Source: Ginkgo biloba
Taxonomy: Eukaryota > Plantae > Ginkgophyta
Direction of reading: 5' to 3'
DNA length: 25,928 nt
Assembly (NCBI GenBank): GCA_024626585.2
Contig: JANKJI020000004.1
Span: 142,497,871 to 142,523,798, forward strand
Shown piece after piece: positions 1-8,250 of the stretch. Both the position numbers and the translations under genes were made by a program. The number at the start of each line of letters is the position of its first letter. Position 1 is the first letter of the stretch. The notes beneath the pieces were generated by a model. The model saw nothing but the letters and a program-made list of their open reading frames with translations, made no database searches and was not told the DNA's origin.

Positions 1-699
1 AAAAGGATGGAAGCACCACTGTAGGTATTATCATCGATGTTATAATATCTGACCCATATATACCTTAAGCTAATTGAATTGAGATTATTAATTAATATTG
101 AACTTGCATGCAATGTAATGTATTAATGCAAGCAACTCGAGCTGAGTGATGGAGTGGGGATTGTGTTGTTGATGAGGAGGGCAATGGCTATGCATAAGGC
201 TTTATCAATTATGGGCATTTGTAGGAGCTTCGCAATAATAAGGGTTGATCCAAAAATCATGGGAGTGGCTCCTATTATTGTAATCCTTGTAGTTATCAAT
301 GTCATTAGCCTTCAACTCATCGATATTCAACTTTTTTAGATAAATGAGGTCACATTATACATATCCTTAAATGTAATTCCTAATATCATGACCTGCTTTC
401 AAATGTCTTATTTTATTTCTTAAATCTCTTATATGCATATTGATATAAGTTTATTGATTAATATAGCAAGCGTTTGCATCATAGTTTGTGTATTGTTTCC
501 AAAAGATAGAATTGGATGAAAATAAAGTAAATGTGAATGGAGGTACGTTGGCTCTAGGACATCCTCTTGGAGAAACAGGTCCAATTTCAAAACCAATTAC
601 TTTATTACAAGTTGATAGGTAGTAGTATTTGCAAAATCGTGAATTACATATTACATGCATATCATTTGTGATATTGTTGTTGTGCAGGGGCCCAATGTC
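1..699 (+). pseudogene. KAT: Peroxisomal 3-ketoacyl-CoA thiolase (KAT2/PED1-like) pseudogene, 3' exons, copy 1
   Basis: Manual splicing gives exon 1-24 (KDGSTTV-G, GT at 25), exon 132-348 (GNSS/SDGVGIVLLMRRAMAMHKALSIMGICRSFAIIRVDPKIMGVAP...IQLF*INE, GT at 349), exon 470-578 ([38 protein letters not shown] at 579) and an exon start at 688 (GAQC). This matches plant thiolase GTTTAGNSSQVSDGAGAVLLM...DLFEINEAFASQFVYC...NVNGGAMAIGHPLGATGARC. Lesions: stops at 337-339 and 482-484, a small deletion near 143, and acceptors AG>AA at 130-131 and 468-469. Confidence 0.93.
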
Positions 700-1079
700 A
701 ACATGCAAAATTCCAATATGATTTCCCGAAGGTGTTTGGGTGTTAGTCTTCATCAAATCTGAAAGTCACAGGGAAGATTGCACATTGCATATGTTTCGTT
801 GGAAGTGACACCTTCGACATGATTGTGCCATTGCATGTGTGCATGCCTTGGTAAGATTTATGGACAAAACATTAGTGACACAGGTAGGAATCAAGCTCTG
901 GATTACTGCTAGGTGAATGATATCAGGGTTCATGACACCTTCAAGACTAGGTTGTAATATCTCATAGGTTTATTCTTTGTTTTCTCTCTTCTACTGCTGG
1001 TGAACATTCATTTCCTTGATTTTTGTTTTTTATAATGATCTCTATTGATATGGTATAGGTTGCTTGCTTCATATGGTAG

Positions 1080-1371
1080 GGATTTGCATCACAATTTGTC
1101 TATTGTTGTCAAAAGTTGGAATTTGACGTGAAGGAAGTTAAGTGTGAATAGAGGTGTTAGGCTATTGGACATATACTTGGAACAATAGGTCCAATCTCAA
1201 AACCAATTACTTTATTACAAGTTGATAAGTAGTAGTATTTGCAGAATCATAAATTACATATTACATATATATCATGTGTGATAATGTTGTTGTGTAAGGG
1301 CTTAGTGTGTTGCAACGCTGCTACATGAGATGAGAAGGCATGGGAAAGAGTCTAGGTATGGAGTTGTGTCG
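1080..1371 (+). pseudogene. KAT: 3-ketoacyl-CoA thiolase pseudogene fragment, copy 2 (duplicated exon, intron and next exon; truncated)
   Basis: AG at 1078-1079; exon 1080-1188 (GFASQFVYCCQKLEFDVKEV...AIGHILGTIG, with indels); 109-nt intron 1189-1297 homologous to 579-687; exon from 1298 GA*CVATLLHEMRRHGKESRYGVVS, matching ARCVATLLHEMKRRGKDCRFGVVSMC. Homology stops just before the C-terminal catalytic Cys. Confidence 0.92.
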
Positions 1372-2311
1372 ACTTATCATTTCATGACTATTATTATTAA
1401 ATACATTCCACCCTTAACAATAGCTCAACAAAACAAAATTATTACACCTGACACAATCTCATTAACTCTGTGTAATGGAATAATTACGTCACATAGCAAG
1501 AAAATTAGTAAANNNNNNNNNNNNNNNNNNNNNNNNNNNNNNNNNNNNNNNNNNNNNNNNNNNNNNNNNNNNNNNNNNNNNNNNNNNNNNNNNNNNNNNN
1601 NNNNNNNNNNNNTTCATACTTCCCAAATTGCAACCCCTATACTCTTCTAAAGTCCCTATTTGCAAGCAGAAAGAACAACGGATATTCACTAGTTGAAACA
1701 TTGCCTTAGCCACATTTACAAGGTCCTTTAGAATCTATTCCTAAAATGTAGTGCTAGTATTTAAAATAACTAAATATTAAGGTTCCTTCAGGTATAGCCA
1801 TTTTCCTTACCCGTAAATATTCTCAAAGAATCTTTTATTGCCTCCTTAATAGCCAGTAGCTTATAATCCAACCATTAACTCACCATTTTTCAAAAAGAAA
1901 ACATAGACCATATATTTTTTGCAACACTTCTACACACATCCTTCATTTGCCTTGGTGAAGATAAGTTAGAAAAATGTTAGATGAACCATATAGATTGCAA
2001 CAAGGTGGAAACTACAAATAATGGGAATAGTGATAAAAATACCATTGTTTATAACTATTTCAGAGGTGATGCCTTATCTACAAGTCATATAATGGATGGA
2101 TAAAATATTTGACCCTAATATAAGGATGGTGTACACCATTGAAGGTTAGGTATTTTATCCNNNNNNNNNNNNNNNNNNNNNNNNNNNNNNNNNNNNNNNN
2201 NNNNNNNNNNNNNNNNNNNNNNNNNNNNNNNNNNNNNNNNNNNNNNNNNNNNNNNNNNNNNNNNNNNNNNNNNNNNNNNNNNNNNNNNATTCTTAGCGAA
2301 ATGAGCAAGTC

Positions 2312-2730
2312 TTGAACCTTACTAAGAAACCCTACTATGAGACGAGGAAATTAGAAATAGAATATAAATATATAGTATCCCTATTATATGACGTGTTCGA
2401 AGAGAAAGATACAACAAAGGTATATCATTATATGATATACCTAATTTATCAAGTTAGTGAGAAAGGGAGATTATTTGATTGGGCGAACATCATCAACGGC
2501 ACCATAGTGCATTAGTTAATTAAAATACCCAAGTCACACCATTTTTATATGATATCTTATGTAATATATTTTGTTCTCTTCTCCATAATCTTTTTGGGTT
2601 TCCTGTTTAATCGGGTAAATAGAGAAGAAAGAGGATTGCCTACTCCTTTCTGGTATCCAAAAGTCTAGAAAGATAAATATAAGATTTATTTATACTAAGT
2701 AAATGATAAATTTATATATCAAGTTTTTTC
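2312..2730 (+). mobile_element. Decayed retrotransposon-associated extra ORF fragment
   Basis: Translation through stops: YKYIVSLLYDVFEEKDTT...FDWANIINGTIVH*LIKIPKSHHFYMISYVIYF...GLPTPFWYPKV*. The FDWA..I...FYM.SY..Y pattern resembles hypothetical ORFs of LTR elements in gymnosperm and fern genomes (recalled, not searched). Confidence 0.5.
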
Positions 2731-2865
2731 CCTACTTCAGAATGCAGAACCCAATAGAGTNNNNNNNNNNNNNNNNNNNNNNNNNNNNNNNNNNNNNNNN
2801 NNNNNNNNNNNNNNNNNNNNNNNNNNNNNNNNNNNNNNNNNNNNNNNNNNNNNNNNNNNNGTCTA

Positions 2866-2869
<4 letters not shown>

Positions 2870-2912
<43 letters not shown>
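2870..2912. repeat. Compound (TG)n(AG)n microsatellite
   Basis: Direct sequence. Confidence 0.97.
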
Positions 2913-3844
2913 TGTACTTTCTTGGTAATGAAGGCCTAAAGTAACACCCTTAAAATATGCAAAAGTATATGATCATAAATACAAGGGGATAATATGCTTT
3001 ATAACCTTCTACAACACTAAATTCAAGATCTTTTGCAGAGTCCTATCTATTATACGGTCAGTGAAATTATTTAAAGTTCTAAGATTTTTTCTGCACCACT
3101 TAATATCTCGCTAATCACTATTAGCTTCCTAAGAGTGTGCTAATCAATGTTTTTGTGCCACTTTAGATCTTGGTAATCAACATATATTTCTTATTAGCAC
3201 GTTAATTAGTGGTGTCACTATCGAAAGATCAAACATAGATGAAAACATTCTATAACCATGTACATTTGCATGTGACCCAAGAAAGTGACCTGTACCAGCC
3301 TACAAAGCTGCCAAATCACCTCTATGAAAATCTAAAAGGGTATTTATGCACTCAAAAGGATTTGGAATCACACATCTAGATACATAAATCAAGATTCAAA
3401 ATAAGTCTCCACAAAGTATTGGACAAAGATAAGAGCTCTAAATTAATTCAAGTGTGCTACTCATAAATCACAAAGAACTTATGAGTAAAAAGTATACAAT
3501 GCTACAATGAGTGAGAACAGAAGATAAAAGGATCTTATATAGGAAACATTTTAGCCAAACTTTTCAAGGTTCTAAAAGGGAACATGTCACGCATACTTCA
3601 ACCAACCTATCCTAGCCTTATAAATATTATGCAATATAATATTAGGCATAAAAATAAATAGTAGCATACCAATGCCTATAATTAGCCAATGGATAATAAA
3701 ATAAAGAGAATTTAGTGAGAGAAAACCCCAAAGAAATGAAAGCTCTCAAATATATTCCTTATNNNNNNNNNNNNNNNNNNNNNNNNNNNNNNNNNNNNNN
3801 NNNNTAACCAAAATATAGCTCCCTCCTACTTGATGGCACATAAA

Positions 3845-4020
3845 TGTGTGTGTGTGTGTGTATATGTATATGTTTATATATGTGTGTGTATATATACATA
3901 CATACATACATATATATATATATACACATATGCACACACACACGTGTGTCTCTATGTATGTACATACATATATATACGGATTTGTGTATGTATGTATGTA
4001 TATATATATATATATATATA
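3845..4020. repeat. Complex (TG)/(TA)/(CATA)/(CA) microsatellite running into a gap
   Basis: Direct sequence; it explains the spurious CV/YI-rich ORFs. Confidence 0.97.
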
Positions 4021-4844
4021 NNNNNNNNNNNNNNNNNNNNNNNNNNNNNNNNNNNNNNNNNNNNNNNNNNNNNNNNNNNNNNNNNNNNNNNNNNNNNNNN
4101 NNNNNNNNNNNNNNNNNNNNCATAAAAAAATAATAATAGTTAGGAGTAAGAGATTCTGCATACCCTTTTAATAAATAAAACAAAGTGAAATTTTTCCAGG
4201 TCACTATAGCTTGAGAGATTAACTTAGCACATTGCTTTATAATTGTCTAGATGACATCACTAGATGACTCATGTAAAATAATGCATTAAAAATTGTTCAT
4301 AGTACATTAATGGCATCACCAGATGAATAATAGTGAATAATACTATTTTATTAGATAATAACTGAGTATTCAAGAACATACATTATAGCATAACCAAAAA
4401 TACAAGGATGAGAACTCTATTTCTCATTGAACAAAATGTCTCCCACTTGAGATCAATTGTCCAAAAACTTTATTTTTTGACATTGTTATATAACCACCAT
4501 CACTATTACAAGATAATAGAAGAAAGTTGCATAGGGAAATAAGAGAAACATTGGGAAAAAACCATAGTAGACAACACTAATAATAAGGGGGTGGAACAAC
4601 CCAAAGGTTAAGAACCAAAACTCTAAAGCCCAAAATTAAAATAAAAAACAATGATAAAGAAGATGAAGCCCTTAAAATGACTAATGTTCTCCCCTTTATA
4701 CTTTGCCTCTAGCAATTCCTTTATTCATCCTCTCATTCTCTTTTCAATATTTAGAGTACATGCATGATTTAAATTATATTACTTTTAACTTTATCAACCA
4801 TTCTTAGGCACACTCAATTCTTAGTTAAAATTCTAACAGTGAAG

Positions 4845-5389
4845 TGTTGGATGAGGAAACTAACGCATGTCAAAAATTACCTAGACCAACATCGACATGA
4901 GTTGGTTCACCTATGAGTGTTGGAGTAAGAATGGATGACACCGACATAGATCACTCTTCAGCACCAACGTTGATAAGGGATATCATCACACCAACATGAG
5001 TCATCCCACTGACATGAGTCATCTCACCGATGAAGTTTGGGGTAGACCTCATCAATTCTTCACCGACATCATTGGGGAAACCTGACATCTCCTCACCAAC
5101 AAGGAAGTCCAACCTGAGTCTCTGAATTGTTATATAACTTATAACTACTACAATGGTTACTTAACCATCTTCACTTTGTATATATATGTGACATAGGATA
5201 GGATGAGTAGTAGAATTTGAGGATGTACTATGATATAATGTTGTATGCACTTATGCCCTGTAATCTCTCTTAGTAATATAAAGGATTGGATGACTTTTTC
5301 ACAAATATGTGTATAATGTCTTATGCATGTGAATGTGATGTGAACATGATGTCTATCTGATGTAATTTTAGTAGGTGTAAAACTTTACA
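4845..5389 (+). mobile_element. Putative solo LTR or LTR fragment
   Basis: Starts TGTTGG and ends ...AACTTTACA. It has internal short repeats (CACCRACATGAGTCATC-like, 4860-5100), a TATA-like tract near 5180 and an AATATAAA signal near 5275. The flanks TGAAG/TGAGT are only a partial target-site duplication. Confidence 0.4.
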
Positions 5390-5619
5390 TGAGTTAGGCA
5401 ATAACATGCTTAAGAATCATTCATAAATCTTATATAGAATCAAATTTGTATGTCCTCAATGATAAAAATATTTATTTTTAAATAATGTGACAATAGAATA
5501 CAATTTAAAATGGTGACAGAGCATAATAGCAAATGCAAAGCATAGTTATAATAAGTAAGAAGATTCTCATTTGGTTGAATATTTATTTATACTAATTCTA
5601 CATTTGTATACTATGTTAC

Positions 5620-5945
5620 AATGCCTAAGCACTTTTCTATAAGGCAAAATATTGTCTAGGCATTGTTATGTACCCATAGTAGTGCATAGGAATTATTACG
5701 CACCTATAATAGTGTATGAGCATTGCTATATAGCAACAGGCATTGTAATGCATTATGTAATAGTGATAAGATACTATTGCACATGGCACCTTATACAATA
5801 GTTCCTAAAGCATAGTGTTCACATGCAATTTAGTGCCTAAAATTATTACTCGTGCACAATAGTGCTTAGGCATTGTTGAGCACTAGTAATAGTGCTATAA
5901 CACTATTGTATAGTATGAAATAGTACTAGGTACTATTGTTCACTA
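5620..5945. repeat. Degenerate ~30-bp tandem array of palindromes, consensus AATAGTGCCTAGGCACTATT
   Basis: Examples: AATAGTGATAAGATACTATT 5759-5778, CAATAGTGCTTAGGCATTGTTG 5857-5878, AATAGTGCTATAACACTATT 5888-5907, AATAGTACTAGGTACTATT 5919-5937. About ten copies. Confidence 0.75.
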
Positions 5946-6013
5946 TGTTAAGTATTAAATTTAATATATTTATTTACTATTATATGTTAACTATTCATTA
6001 TTATATATTTAAT

Positions 6014-6034
6014 TGTGTGTGTGTGTGTGTGTGT
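6014..6034. repeat. (TG)10 microsatellite
   Basis: Direct sequence. Confidence 0.95.
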
Positions 6035-7059
6035 AACTTATAAAAGACAGTAATATGAATGCAACATAATATTTATTTTCTCTCTACTTAATAAAGATTT
6101 TATTATTTAATTTTATGAATATGGTTATTATTTTTTAGATTTATTATTTGGCCTTTACTTGTAATAATATGGTATTGTATATTAAATAAATTTGTTGTTT
6201 GGTTAAGTTAGCTTATACATTTTTTTTTTTGTACATTTTTAGTAGAGATGTTAAAGGGATAANNNNNNNNNNNNNNNNNNNNNNNNNNNNNNNNNNNNNN
6301 NNNNNNNNNNNNNNNNNNNNNNNNNNNNNNNNNNNNNNNNNNNNNNNNNNNNNNNNNNNNNNTTTTGTCAATGTGACAAACTAATGCACCTTTGCACTTT
6401 GTCTTGCACAATTGATCCTATTGGATTCTATTTCAGTCATCAATCAACTTTTGGATCATTTTGGTTTGTCATTCCCTTTTGTCACTAGTAACTTGTCGTT
6501 TTGATAAGTAGACGCACTAGTGTGCTTTGATCTGTACCTTCAATCTGATAGGATCGATCTGGATTGTTGGTTGAGGCTCCTTGTAATGTCGTATGCTGTA
6601 GTGTTTTGTTGAGTTTTACAAATCTATATGCCTTTGACAAAATGATGTGACCTTGTGCTTTGCAGCTCCTTCTATCACGTGGTGTGATAGTTTGTCATTT
6701 TGACAAACCATGCACATTGTAACTTAACTTTTGGCTATGTTTGGATGAATTAACCATCCTACAAAAACATATTTTCATCAATATGACAATGGATGCTACA
6801 ACAGTCATATGGAGATTTTGAATCAATCAAGCTCTGGAAAATAACTTGCATCATGGCAATGGACAATTAGCTAAAAAAATAAACTTTTGCTAATAATTGT
6901 CACGGCCTATTGTAGATGTCGCAGTTTATTGTAAACTTGCAATTATGTGCGATTTTAACAAATTCTTGCGACTTTAACATATTCCTCTAACATGTGTTTT
7001 CCTTGGCAGAAATTGTAGGAACTTTAAAATTTTAAAGTGCAAATTGACCATACAATAAC

Positions 7060-7779
7060 CTGGACTATGGAGCCCACCAAAGCACTGCGCCTTCAACCCC
7101 ATTTGTCATTTTGGTCCTAGACCTGAAAATAAATTATGATTGATTAAAGAGAAATATGGATGAAATTGAAAATGAGATACAGTTCAAAGAAGACATCAAA
7201 TCATTTTCAAATCTTNNNNNNNNNNGTCATATATCCGATGGGAGTAGTGCCCTTATCAAAACGTGGATGAGCCTTTGAGGACATTGATCATCTTCTTGTG
7301 TCATCATTCATTGAAGGAAAATTGTTCATAAAAGTCAAACGAAGAACTTTACTGTAATCAAGGGTGATAAAAGGTACATTAAGATTCAACACTTATGCCT
7401 ATCGATTAACATGGCATTTGATAACCTTAAAGAAAATTGAAAAGAAAAGTGAATATGAGAAAATAACATATTTTAATTTGCTTAATCTGGCAGTGCAAAC
7501 CAACATACTATTTCAGCACATTGCAGATTAATATACCAAGGCCGTACAGAGCCACCAAGGAAAACAATCACTAATGCCATTAGTTTAGATCTGATAAACT
7601 GAGAGGAGCCAAGCACCATACAGATGCTAAAAGCCCACATCAAAATTTATCTTTCAATAAAACACAGGATCAAGACCTACAGTAACATACGTCTCCAAAA
7701 ATTTATTGCTATATGTAAATCAAGTGATCAATATGCATTAATATGCTGAAGATCAATGAACAGAGTTGTACAAATTACC
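7060..7779 (-). other. Putative spliced 3' UTR (or relic) exons downstream of the GPN3 stop
   Basis: Minus-strand GT..AG pairs with AT-rich introns: donor TTG|GTAATT at 7779/7778; acceptor CTGTAG| to exon 7676-7537; donor |GTATAT; acceptor ATTACAG| at 7351; acceptor TTTTCAG| to exon 7122-7060. Intron sizes are 102, 185 and about 100 nt. Confidence 0.5.
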
Positions 7780-7987
7780 AAAATCCAAAAAGTCACTCCA
7801 CATGCCATTTATTATCCACCAAGGAAACATTCCATTCATTGTCGTCTCCAATTCCTCCTAGACTAAAATCGATGTCATAATCTTTAATCTGCAAATCTGA
7901 ATCCTCTCCAAACTGACTTGCAGAATCTGACACACTACCAAAATTGTAAGAGTTACTCCAGATACCATCTATTATACCAAGAGAACT

Positions 7988-8111
7988 TCACTCGTCATCA
8001 TCATCTATATTTCCTCCACTATTAAAATCAGGATCATAATCCTTTATCTTCACATCTGCATCCTCTCCGAACTGAATTGCATTGTCAATGTGGGACAAAA
8101 TATATTGGATG
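7988..8111 (-). CDS. GPN3: GPN-loop GTPase 3, terminal coding exon
   Basis: Acceptor TTTTGCAG| then (S)IQYILSHIDNAIQFGEDADVKIKDYDPDFNSGGNIDDDDE* with TGA at 7990-7988. Matches the plant GPN3 C-terminus SIQYVLSQID.CIQFGEDADV.IKD. Phase agrees with the preceding exon. Confidence 0.92.
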
Positions 8112-8194
8112 CTGCAAAATAAAGAACATCATGTGAGAATAGAACTAACAAACAGCGAAATCATGTGGAAACAAACCATACGAGAAGAATATAC

Positions 8195-8250
8195 CTGTTT
8201 TCTTTTCTTAAATCAAGAGGTAAGAAATTCACCATACTATAGTCATCAAC
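8195..8250 (-). CDS. GPN3: GPN-loop GTPase 3, penultimate coding exon (56 nt)
   Basis: Acceptor CTTTCAG|, VDDYSMVNFLPLDLRKEN(S), donor AG|GTATAT, then an 83-nt intron 8194-8112. Matches GPN3 VD.YSMV.F.PLDLRKE.S. Confidence 0.92.

Noticed and set aside
123-756. Minus-strand ORFs 123-305 and 451-756
   Set aside because: They are antisense shadows of the plus-strand thiolase pseudogene.
697-950. Claim that the thiolase insert is a recognisable coding exon because its stops revert by C>T
   Set aside because: Every stop codon starts with T, two frames have equally few stops, and I recognise no protein family.
3746-4204. Six overlapping ORFs rich in CV/YI/HT
   Set aside because: They are translations of dinucleotide microsatellites plus N gaps.
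7988-7990. Selenocysteine recoding of the GPN3 TGA
   Set aside because: Land plants lack the Sec machinery, the aligned residue is Trp rather than Cys, and no SECIS was identified.
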